NCBI GenBank assembly: GCA_021796335.1
Contig: JAJYHZ010000002.1
Coordinates: 100,516 to 164,515 of the forward strand
Direction: 5' to 3'
From: a bacterium
Lineage (GTDB): Bacteria; Patescibacteriota; Minisyncoccia; UBA6257; UBA9933
Length of the DNA stretch: 64,000 nt
Shown: positions 49,564-57,854 of the stretch, one piece after another
Layout of the letters: the number at the start of each line of letters is the position of its first letter
Position numbering within the stretch: the first letter of the stretch is position 1
The notes under the pieces: generated by a model
The model's database searches: none
What the model was told of the DNA's origin: nothing
What the model saw: only the letters and a program-made list of their open reading frames with translations
Program-made: the position numbers and the translations under genes

Positions 49564-50064
49564 TTAAACAATATTAACCTCTTTTGCGGCAAAGAATTTT
49601 AAATACGGTAAAATATTTATTTGATTCAGATATTGAATAAATTCTTCCGGAAGCGCCGCTGGACCTATCCATACGCTCTTTTGCAATAATTTAAATCCTA
49701 AATTAATTAATTCTTTTCTTAGCCAATATCTTTCTTTTTTGTGCTCTTCAGGAATATCAAATATTATAATTAAGTCTTTTTTGAAACTTTTTTGATATTG
49801 CTTAAAATGTTTTAATTTTTTCTCAATCAAATTCTTTCCGATTTTTGTTGTCACCCAACCATCTTTTTTCTTTTCCAATAATCCTTTCTTTTTTAGCCTA
49901 TAAAGAGTTGTTTTGAGTGTTTGTTCTTTTATATTTTGATAATTTATCTCTGATTTATATTTATACGGAACAGCTTCAAGTCCGACCAATTTACGCCGGA
50001 TCGCTTTATAGCTAGTGTGATAACCCGAAAAGCATATTGTTAATACATCATCTGTTAAACTCAT
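49564..50064 (-). CDS. PaaX-like regulator (wHTH plus Cas2-like domain)
   Basis: TTLYRLKKKGLLEK..GW..T..G, then IIIFDIPE..KKERYWLRKEL..LGF..LQKSVW. Confidence 0.82.
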   Translation of the reverse strand: MSLTDDVLTICFSGYHTSYKAIRRKLVGLEAVPYKYKSEINYQNIKEQTLKTTLYRLKKKGLLEKKKDGWVTTKIGKNLIEKKLKHFKQYQKSFKKDLIIIFDIPEEHKKERYWLRKELINLGFKLLQKSVWIGPAALPEEFIQYLNQINILPYLKFFAAKEVNIV

Positions 50065-50071
50065 AATTTTA

Positions 50072-50105
50072 GTATACATATTCCACGATCGTTGTAAATG
50101 TATAC
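50072..50105. repeat. Palindrome upstream of the PaaX-like gene
   Basis: GTATACATATTCCACGATCGTTGTAAATGTATAC. Confidence 0.8.
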
Positions 50106-50165
50106 CAGCTTAATTTAAAATTATATTGAATTTGAAACATAATTTGATACAATTATTTCAATTTT

Positions 50166-51446
50166 ATGATGGATGGTATTCCAAAATCCAGAATTTTAAT
50201 CATCGCGATTATCGGTCTGATCCTGATATTTTTTCTTTTGGCCGTATTCGGCGTTTTTACTCCGAAAAGCAACCCCTCGACAAACGCCAATCTGGTCATT
50301 TGGGGAATTGACGACGCAAATGCGGCAGTTCCAGTTTTCAGCCAATACATGCAGCAAAATCCCGGAATAAAAATCTCCTATCGGCAATTCGATCCAAATC
50401 AAATCAAAAGCCAATTCATAAACGCGCTAGCTGCCGGAACCGGGCCAGACATTGTAATGATTCATAATGATTGGATTCCGACCCAATATGACAAACTAAC
50501 TCCCGCACCGCAGGGAACGATTTCTTCATCGCAAATCCAGCAGCTTTTCGCTCCCACGGCTTCGAATGATTTTATTTTGAATTATCAGGGGACGGACTAC
50601 ATCTATGCCTTGCCGCTTTATTTGGATTCACTGGCGCTGTTTTACAATAAAGATATTTTAAACAATAAGGGCGTGGCTCTTTTGCCGACAACCTGGGACG
50701 ATTTTAAAATTCTTGTTCCCAATTTAACCGAAACGGATTTAAATCATCAGATAAAAAAGGCGGGCGCCGCAATCGGCGGTTCGGGAAAATCAATTTTGAA
50801 CGCTTCTGATTTGCTGACTTTATTGATGATGCAAAACGGCTCGGCGATTTTCAATCCACAAACCAATCTGGCCAATTTTTCGGATCAGAATGGCAGCAAT
50901 GCTCTGAATTTTTACACTCAATTCGCCAATTCTAACAGCCCTTATTACACGTGGGATGACAGCCTGGGAAGCGACCTTGATTTGTTCGGCTCAGGTCAGG
51001 TTGCAATGATATTCGCTTATGCCCGCCAAATTCCGGCCTTGCAGGAAAAGAATCCTTATTTAAACTTCGGGGTTTCCGTAATGCCCCAATTGAATCCAAA
51101 TCAACCGGTTAACTTTGCGAACTACTGGGGTCTGGCGGTTTCAAAGCAAAGCGCCAATCCGCAAGCAGCTTGGAATTTTATAATCTGGTTGACAACCGAT
51201 CAGACCAATTCCCTTTCTTATTTGAAAGCGGTGAATGAATCCCCGGCTTTGCGAACTTTGATCGCCCAGTATCAAAACGATCCCGCCTTGGGCGCATTCG
51301 CAAAACAAGCCTTGACAGCAAAAACAATTTACAATATGAATGACAATTTTCGCCAAATTTTTTCCAATATGATAGAATCTGTTTTGAGTGGAAAAGCGGA
51401 TGTTAATACGGCACTGAGTCAGGCACAAGGTGCGATGAATCCTTAA
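50166..51446 (+). CDS. Extracellular solute-binding protein family 1 (sugar-type)
   Basis: ALAAGTGPDI, YALPLYLDSLALFYNKD, PTTWDD and AAWNFI. Confidence 0.88.
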   Translation: MMDGIPKSRILIIAIIGLILIFFLLAVFGVFTPKSNPSTNANLVIWGIDDANAAVPVFSQYMQQNPGIKISYRQFDPNQIKSQFINALAAGTGPDIVMIHNDWIPTQYDKLTPAPQGTISSSQIQQLFAPTASNDFILNYQGTDYIYALPLYLDSLALFYNKDILNNKGVALLPTTWDDFKILVPNLTETDLNHQIKKAGAAIGGSGKSILNASDLLTLLMMQNGSAIFNPQTNLANFSDQNGSNALNFYTQFANSNSPYYTWDDSLGSDLDLFGSGQVAMIFAYARQIPALQEKNPYLNFGVSVMPQLNPNQPVNFANYWGLAVSKQSANPQAAWNFIIWLTTDQTNSLSYLKAVNESPALRTLIAQYQNDPALGAFAKQALTAKTIYNMNDNFRQIFSNMIESVLSGKADVNTALSQAQGAMNP

Positions 51447-51544
51447 TATTTTGACGGCGAGAGGCAGATCAAGAAGTAAATAAATTTTTATTTACTGAGT
51501 TTGTCGAAGTATAAAAATTTTAAAATCATGTCTAAGGCGAGGTT

Positions 51545-51958
51545 ATGAAAAAAAATAATTTAATTAAACTTATTCCGATAATTTCCATTGCCAGCGCTGC
51601 TTTAAATTTTTCCCAATTCTATCAGACTTATGCCAAAGAAGATTCCACCACGGGTCTTGTTCGCTGCCACGGTCTCAATTGCAGCTTTTGCGACCTTATA
51701 TCTCTAGTCAGCAGATTGTTTAATACGGCTTATGAACTGGCCATCGCCATAGCCACTGTTTTGCTTTTGGTGGGCGCGATTCAGATTATGATTTCCGGAG
51801 CAAAACCCGGACTTTTGGAAAAAGGGAAAAAAACGATTACGGGGTCTGTTATCGGTTTGGTTATTCTGTTCGCTTCCTGGATTATTATTGACACAGTGAT
51901 TAAAATTTTAACCGGGGGAGCCGCATTCGGGCCGTGGAACGCTTTGCCGCCCTGCTAA
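51545..51958 (+). CDS. TrbC/VirB2-like pilin
   Basis: GLVRC...CSFCDL; GAIQIMISGA...KGKKTITGSVIGLVI. Confidence 0.75.
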   Translation: MKKNNLIKLIPIISIASAALNFSQFYQTYAKEDSTTGLVRCHGLNCSFCDLISLVSRLFNTAYELAIAIATVLLLVGAIQIMISGAKPGLLEKGKKTITGSVIGLVILFASWIIIDTVIKILTGGAAFGPWNALPPC

Positions 51959-52096
51959 ATAACGAATAACTGATGGCAAGAAAAAAAATCGTCATTCTGA
52001 GAAAAACGGAGCAAAGCGAAGAATCTCATTTAAGGATAGGCTATATTTGATGCTCGCTATTTGCCATTAGTTATTAATTTATTGTATATTTTGAAA

Positions 52097-52516
52097 ATGG
52101 ATTATCTTACAGGAAAATTTTTACTGGGGATTTTTAAAATACAAAGGGTTTTTGCTTTTAATAATCCTTCCAGTAATACAGGGTCATTCAATAACCCAAC
52201 ATCTAATACGGGTTCGTTTAATAATCCAGGAGTAAACGGCGGAGGATCATCCCTTGTGATAAAACCGCCAACTTCTTACAACAATATCTACGACTTAATC
52301 AACGGCATTGCCAGCTATATAATCTGGATAGCCATACCTATTGCCACTATTATGATTATTTTCGGAGCTTACCAGATATTATTTTCAACAGGAGATCCGG
52401 CCAAGGTTAAAAAAGGAAGGGATACGATTTTATATTCTTTGGTGGGGTTAATGGTGGCATTGCTTGTTAAGGGAATTATTTCTATAATTAAGCAAGTTTT
52501 AGGAGTAAATAACTAA
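52097..52516 (+). CDS. TrbC/VirB2-like pilin with FNNP(S/T)SNTGS repeats
   Basis: MIIFGAYQILFSTGDPAKVKKGRDTILYSLVG. Confidence 0.75.
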   Translation: MDYLTGKFLLGIFKIQRVFAFNNPSSNTGSFNNPTSNTGSFNNPGVNGGGSSLVIKPPTSYNNIYDLINGIASYIIWIAIPIATIMIIFGAYQILFSTGDPAKVKKGRDTILYSLVGLMVALLVKGIISIIKQVLGVNN

Positions 52517-52552
52517 AATATATTGAAAGGTCGCCAGAAATTATTCTATTTT

Positions 52553-52900
52553 ATGAAAAAATTAGGAATCGGATTAATGGCAGCAGTTTTGCCGGCATTG
52601 GCAGCGGCGCAAACCGCTCCGCTAAATCAAGGTGGCATTCCTCCATCACTACCCGACACGAGCGTTAATTCATATGGCGGATTGATTGGATTTTTAAGCA
52701 CTGTCGGCAACTGGGCGTTTGGAATTTTGTTGGCTTTAGCAGTTTTATTCATTATTTATGCCGCTTATCTTTATCTTTTCTCGCAAGGAGGAGATAACAC
52801 CTCAAAAGCCAAGAGTGTTATTATTTACGCGATAGTTGCAATCGTAGTGGCTATTATTGCAAAAGGATTAGTGACAATTGCTCAAACCTTAGTTCACTGA
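52553..52900 (+). CDS. TrbC/VirB2-like pilin
   Basis: AVLFIIYAAYLYLFSQG....KAKSVIIYAIVAIVVA. Confidence 0.78.
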   Translation: MKKLGIGLMAAVLPALAAAQTAPLNQGGIPPSLPDTSVNSYGGLIGFLSTVGNWAFGILLALAVLFIIYAAYLYLFSQGGDNTSKAKSVIIYAIVAIVVAIIAKGLVTIAQTLVH

Positions 52901-53162
52901 TCATTAAAATAAGAACAAAATTCCCCCAAAAGGGGATTTTTGTTTGGGTTTATTTAACTTAAGTTATTGGCTATTAGCTAGAGAATATTTTAACAGCTCA
53001 AATAAACAGCTAAAACTTTACAGTTCAACAGTAAATATAATTGATTCGTATAAATAATAAATTTATCCCATATATAAAGTTTATGTGCAGGAAATAAAAA
53101 GCCCTCGCTCCGTTAACGGATGAGGGCTATATTCAACCTCCTTTCCTGAAAGATTTTATTTT

Positions 53163-53963
53163 TTACGACAATGATTTAATGGTCACCCTCCCTCCTACTG
53201 GCCCGGAGAACCGGATGACATCGCCGGAATGCACAGGCCAGTTTTGCTGATGAATCTCCACACGGTCATGCTCCACACCATTGGCGCTATAGATATGGGC
53301 CTGGGTGCCGTCCGGCCCTTTTACATCAGTTTTTCCGGCGGGGAAAGCCTTTGTAAAAAATGGCTTAGAGAGCTGGTCAAGGCCTTTCAGCTCGCAGGAC
53401 CACACCTTATAAGACGGCGTGGCGGTGGGAATTGAACTGGCCGCTATCTCTTCTTCATGCCCAGGCCTTATCTTATTCCAAGCCCATTTAAATGAGCTTG
53501 GGAAGATTATTGCCCAGACCACCCCGATGATTACAAGATAAGACACGGCTTTGAAAAACTTCTTCGCAGCCGGACCAGTCCCGTCAATCGACAACAAGAC
53601 AATCGGAACGGCCACAATAGCAACCATTCCCGGATGAAACGGTAGCCACGGCGAGAATATCGCCGCGAACATGACGACCACCAGCTCATAAAATATAATG
53701 CTGGCAATCCATGCTCGCGCCCTTTGGCCGATAATAGCAAGGAGTAAGGACCAGCCGATGGTCATAAAATACAGAAGTGCCAGTACCACCGGCACAAGCC
53801 CCACTATCGCTGTAGCGACCGGGCTGCCGTAATTAATTGCTACGATAACCGTGGCAATGGGCCAAAAAATTATTATCCGCAGGATCCATCTGGCCCACCG
53901 ATTGCCAGTATTCCATAGACGTACAACCAACTGCCATAATTCCTGTATTGACAATAAAATCAT
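53163..53963 (-). CDS. Hypothetical multi-TM protein with a C-terminal beta domain
   Basis: Five to six TMs; ATGA overlap with the upstream gene. Confidence 0.65.
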   Translation of the reverse strand: MILLSIQELWQLVVRLWNTGNRWARWILRIIIFWPIATVIVAINYGSPVATAIVGLVPVVLALLYFMTIGWSLLLAIIGQRARAWIASIIFYELVVVMFAAIFSPWLPFHPGMVAIVAVPIVLLSIDGTGPAAKKFFKAVSYLVIIGVVWAIIFPSSFKWAWNKIRPGHEEEIAASSIPTATPSYKVWSCELKGLDQLSKPFFTKAFPAGKTDVKGPDGTQAHIYSANGVEHDRVEIHQQNWPVHSGDVIRFSGPVGGRVTIKSLS

Positions 53964-54562
53964 CTTATCCCCCTTTGGTCGAGAAAATTATTGAGGTGGC
54001 CTAAAACCCCGGCCACCCTGACATCGGCCTGCTGAAGCACAGCGGGCGCCTGTCGTATTCCCCTCCACGTCATCTGGAGGTACTGCTGAACCACATTGTG
54101 GTCCAAAAACTCCAGTATCCTGTCCCTTTCGGCGTCGGTCATGTGACCGATCTGCTTAAAAACTTCAAGCAGTTCGGTCTCGGGATCAAAATTCCCGAGC
54201 TTGAGATGACCAATCTTTCTTAGCAGTTCCTCTCCGTCCGGCCCGCCGATGCGGAGGATCATGAGGTAGAGTCGGGATAATAACTCCACGGCTTTGTTTT
54301 CATGCGGAACCCGTTGCAACCAGTCCAAAATATTCTGAGCCGCTTCCGGATCCGCATCCGCAAGAACTCTTTCGAGGAAGTGATATAATTTTTCGCGATG
54401 ATTCTCTTCTAATTCTTTCTGAAGAGTCTCACCGCCTTTTTTTACCCCCTCCTCGATAATGACTTTTGTGTGCTTTTTCACCTGTTCCTTTAATTCCTCG
54501 ACTATCGCGGTAACGACACCCGCGAAGCCAATCTCCTTCCAACTAATTCCAAATACACCCAT
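53960..54562 (-). CDS. Hypothetical helical protein
   Basis: AGGAGG SD; C-terminus similar to 55395..55868. Confidence 0.7.
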   Translation of the reverse strand: MGVFGISWKEIGFAGVVTAIVEELKEQVKKHTKVIIEEGVKKGGETLQKELEENHREKLYHFLERVLADADPEAAQNILDWLQRVPHENKAVELLSRLYLMILRIGGPDGEELLRKIGHLKLGNFDPETELLEVFKQIGHMTDAERDRILEFLDHNVVQQYLQMTWRGIRQAPAVLQQADVRVAGVLGHLNNFLDQRGIR

Positions 54563-54563
54563 A

Positions 54564-55163
54564 TCAACCTCCTAAGTAAACTTTAACGGTTTGAATCGCC
54601 TTGCCGGCAATAAACCGTATTGTTTTTATACGTTCTGCCAGAGTGACTGAAATAGTTACTTCGGCATATCCTTCGCCATTGGCCGTAAGAACCTTTGGCT
54701 TTTTGCTATTTTCGTACATCTGAATCTGGAGGTACGGTATTGGCTTGTCTTCGGTGCTGACAACAATCGGGCGGAGCAGATATTTTCCTTTTTCAAGGAA
54801 TTTTTGCTGCACCCGGATGCACCCGACCTCAACCTTTGCGGGTTTTGGCGGCTCAGGAATGGACACGGAGTGGTAAGCTTCGCCGTGTCTGTTCTCCTCG
54901 ATAGCCTCAACCCTGTAAAATCCGGGTTTATCGAAAAAGATTTTTAGGCTTGCCTTGCCGTTGTTATCTGTCCGTTCCGGAGATTCACAATTGGTTCCAT
55001 TAATCCTGAATTGTACAGGATCATTGGAAACCGGCCAACTACCTTTTTTTACATCAACCAGCGCATGGATAAACCAGCGCTGACCTTCCTTTTGCGGATC
55101 CGTCAATGTCAGAAAAATCCTGACTGGCGGATCTGGTCTTCTTTGTTGTCGTGGTGTTGGCAT
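54564..55163 (-). CDS. Hypothetical protein, probably two Ig-like beta-sandwich domains
   Basis: RTDNNGKASL...PGFYRVEA and LTANGEGYAEV patterns; AAAGGAG SD. Confidence 0.65.
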   Translation of the reverse strand: MPTPRQQRRPDPPVRIFLTLTDPQKEGQRWFIHALVDVKKGSWPVSNDPVQFRINGTNCESPERTDNNGKASLKIFFDKPGFYRVEAIEENRHGEAYHSVSIPEPPKPAKVEVGCIRVQQKFLEKGKYLLRPIVVSTEDKPIPYLQIQMYENSKKPKVLTANGEGYAEVTISVTLAERIKTIRFIAGKAIQTVKVYLGG

Positions 55164-55394
55164 TTGAATCTCCTTTTTAATTTTTATCTTTCTCTCAGGT
55201 TTTTAGTTTTTAAAGACCTAAATTCCAGAGCGAGGATATATCCAGACTTGGATATATCTGTTCTGAAATTTTCTATATTATACCACTATTTGTTTTAAAG
55301 TCAATACCTCCGTTATGGTTCACCAGCTTGGAATCGGCCAGAAAAAAGGCGGCTTTAGAAAGCCGCCATCTATATAAAACAAGGGGAAATGAAA

Positions 55395-55868
55395 TTACCG
55401 CTTAATCCCTCTTTTTTCAAGCTCGAGCCGAACTCCTTTAATAAGTCCAGCGACGTTTTCGTCCAGTTGCCTGAACGAGTCGCCGGCGTTTTCGGCGAAA
55501 GTTCTTCCCTGAAGAACTTTGAGGCGAGTTTTTAAATCGCCTATATCGAGCTCGGCAAAGCCATTCAGTGCCTGCTTGATTTCTTCCGGTGTTCTGGAAG
55601 AAGCCAGGAAACTGACATGACCCGCCAATCCGTTGATTAAGCCATCGCCTTCTTTGTTTTTTCCGAGTTCGGACAAGTGCCCGAACATCTTGTTTTGCAT
55701 CACCGAATCCAGCTGACCGATGAAAGCAAATAGCTGATTCCGATCGGTTGTTATAAATGTCTTTGGGTGCTCTGTCATAAGCGCGCCCTTTGCGCCCACG
55801 CCACTCGCTGCTGTTTCTCTTAAAAAACTCTTTGCAAAATCTATTAAGCCCTTTTTAAAAGTACTCAT
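55395..55868 (-). CDS. Hypothetical helical protein
   Basis: AAGGAGG SD before MSTFKKG. Confidence 0.68.
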   Translation of the reverse strand: MSTFKKGLIDFAKSFLRETAASGVGAKGALMTEHPKTFITTDRNQLFAFIGQLDSVMQNKMFGHLSELGKNKEGDGLINGLAGHVSFLASSRTPEEIKQALNGFAELDIGDLKTRLKVLQGRTFAENAGDSFRQLDENVAGLIKGVRLELEKRGIKR

Positions 55869-55950
55869 ATCTTTTCCTCCTTGGAAAAGCAATTAATATC
55901 ATTATACAATTATTTGCTTTTTAGTCAAAATTATTTAAAGTTCTATAAAC

Positions 55951-56031
55951 GGGCAGGTGGCGAAATGGCAAACGCACTAGCTTTAGGAGCTAGCGCCGCA
56001 AGGCTTGCGGGTTCAAGTCCCGCCCTGCCCA
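55951..56031 (+). tRNA. tRNA-Leu(TAG)
   Basis: GGGCAGG...CCTGCCCA; anticodon arm CTAGC-TTTAGGA-GCTAG. Confidence 0.95.
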
Positions 56032-56080
56032 CTATTTTTAATTTTTAATTTACTACTATTATTCTGCTATTATTTTTCTC

Positions 56081-56114
56081 AATCAAATTTTGAGCGATCG
56101 CTCAAAATTTGATT
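56081..56114. repeat. 34-bp palindrome (copy E, no 9-mer)
   Basis: AATCAAATTTTGAGCGATCGCTCAAAATTTGATT. Confidence 0.9.
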
Positions 56115-56130
56115 TCATATTTTTAGAAAG

Positions 56131-57036
56131 CTAACTTCTCCTGCGAGCGTGAAAAGTCTTGTGAATTTCTTTCAACTCTTTATTAGTTAAATGCGTATAA
56201 ATCTGCGTCGTTGAAATATTAGAATGACCAAGCAGTTCTTGCACCGAACGCAAGTCAGCTCCGTTGATTAAAAGATCGGTAGCAAAGGAATGACGCAATA
56301 AATGCGGATGAACTTTTTTTGAAATGCCGGCCTTGCGGGAATAGAAATCAACCAGGCGCTGGATTGCGCGCGGAATAATCCGGCCGATGACTTTCGGGCT
56401 TTTCGCCTTGGTCAAACTTATAAACAACGCTTCTTCGGCATCAGAGCGCTTATCTAAATACTCTCTGATAAATTTTTTGGCGCGATCGGAAAGAAACACA
56501 ACCCGCAACTTACTCCCCTTTCCGCGGACACTTAGTTCTCCTCTTTCCAAATCAAAATAACGATTTAAACTGCAAAGTTCTGAAACGCGCAGCCCGGTGG
56601 AAAACAATAATTCCAAAATTGCCTTATCGCGGAGAGATTTCAAATCATCTCCATTCGGAGAACTCAGCAATCTTTCAAGTTCATCATATTCAATAGTTTC
56701 TATTTGGCGCGTCGGAATTTTTGGAAGCTCGATTTTATCCGGCGATAAAGTTGAAAAATCATTTTTATTTAGATATTTCAGAAAATTTCTTATGGCAATA
56801 ATGTAATAACTTTGCGTTGTCTTTTTAAACGATTCACCTTCAATATTTTCAAGCCGGGCAAGATAGATCCGGAAATCGCGAATTTTATCTATTGCAATAT
56901 CCGATTCATTTTTAATATTCCCAAACTCAAAAAATTTTTTTAAATATCTTTCGTAATTAGCCCGGGTTTTAGGCGAGCGATTTTTTTCAATTTCCAAGTA
57001 GTCCAAATAGTTTTTAAGAAGACGGTTTATTTCCAT
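56131..57036 (-). CDS. XerC/XerD-family tyrosine recombinase
   Basis: RDKAILELLFSTGLRVSEL, GKGSKLR, HPHLLRHSFAT, ADLRSVQELLGH and TTQIYTH. Confidence 0.93.
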   Translation of the reverse strand: MEINRLLKNYLDYLEIEKNRSPKTRANYERYLKKFFEFGNIKNESDIAIDKIRDFRIYLARLENIEGESFKKTTQSYYIIAIRNFLKYLNKNDFSTLSPDKIELPKIPTRQIETIEYDELERLLSSPNGDDLKSLRDKAILELLFSTGLRVSELCSLNRYFDLERGELSVRGKGSKLRVVFLSDRAKKFIREYLDKRSDAEEALFISLTKAKSPKVIGRIIPRAIQRLVDFYSRKAGISKKVHPHLLRHSFATDLLINGADLRSVQELLGHSNISTTQIYTHLTNKELKEIHKTFHARRRS

Positions 57037-57176
57037 TAGGATAATCATACAATAATCTGTCGCAAAATAAAATGTTTCACGAATTATGTGAAACATTTTT
57101 CCCATAGTTTCCCCAATTAGTATCAGTTCTAATTAAATAGGCATTTTAGAGGTATTTTAGCAAAAACGGCAAAACC

Positions 57177-57185
57177 TGTGGATAA
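57177..57185 (-). promoter_or_regulatory. DnaA-box consensus 9-mer
   Basis: TGTGGATAA; a degenerate GGGGGATAA follows at 57197-57205. Confidence 0.45.
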
Positions 57186-57354
57186 TTAGGCAAAGTGGGG
57201 GATAACTCGGTCAAAATGAGGTAGTTTGCCAGATTTTAGAAATGAATTTCTCTTCATGAAATCTATCTACTTTTGTAGATAGCTATAAACTAATTCAAGT
57301 TCGTGAAATTTAGCTATTATGAGTTGTTTTTCCCCCAAAAATAATCTATTCAAA

Positions 57355-57584
57355 TCTGTAAATGATGTTTCACGTGAAACATCATTTACAGAAAAGTTCC
57401 CTTTTTTGTCAGGCATGTTTCACGTGAAACATGCCTGACAAATTTTAATGTTTCGCGTGTCATCAATGTTTCACGTGAAACATTGATGACAAATTTTTCT
57501 CTCTTTTTGTGTCACGAGTGTTTCACGTGAAACACTCGTGACACATTTATCAATTATTCATTTATTAATATTTCACGCAAAACA
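57355..57584. repeat. parS array: four perfect TGTTTCACGTGAAACA sites plus one degenerate site, in extended palindromes
   Basis: Cores at 57366, 57416, 57467, 57519 and 57569 (degenerate); match the canonical parS 16-mer. Confidence 0.88.
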
Positions 57585-57745
57585 TTATTTCAAAAAACGA
57601 GAGGCATAGGAATATATAGATTTTGTTTTTGTTTTTTATTAAGGAATTTCATTCTTAAAATTCGTAGATCCTGGATAAATCCTTTGAATAATTCTTAGCA
57701 TTTATTTTTATAATTCTAATCGTTTCCTCCCTAAATAAAGAATAA

Positions 57746-57761
57746 TGTTTCGCGTGAAACA
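57746..57761. promoter_or_regulatory. parS-like site (1 mismatch)
   Basis: TGTTTCGCGTGAAACA. Confidence 0.7.
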
Positions 57762-57854
57762 TATCCCTATAAAAAGTCTTTAATTCGGCAATTTGCCGAA
57801 TTACTTTTTTAATTAATGTTTCACAAATGTTTCACACTTATTTATACTTAATGC

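Noticed and set aside
49564-50064. Bona fide cas2
   Set aside because: It is fused to a wHTH as in PaaX-like regulators, and there is no cas1 or array.
55951-57036. Prophage or ICE integrase next to tRNA-Leu(TAG)
   Set aside because: The protein has housekeeping XerC/D motifs; no att duplication or phage genes were seen.
57355-57584. CRISPR array
   Set aside because: The repeat is the 16-bp parS consensus, the flanks are self-complementary rather than independent spacers, and no cas operon is present.
57060-57850. oriC
   Set aside because: Only one perfect DnaA box, no dnaA or dnaN in the window, and gene orientation stays mostly - on both sides. Not excluded without whole-genome skew.
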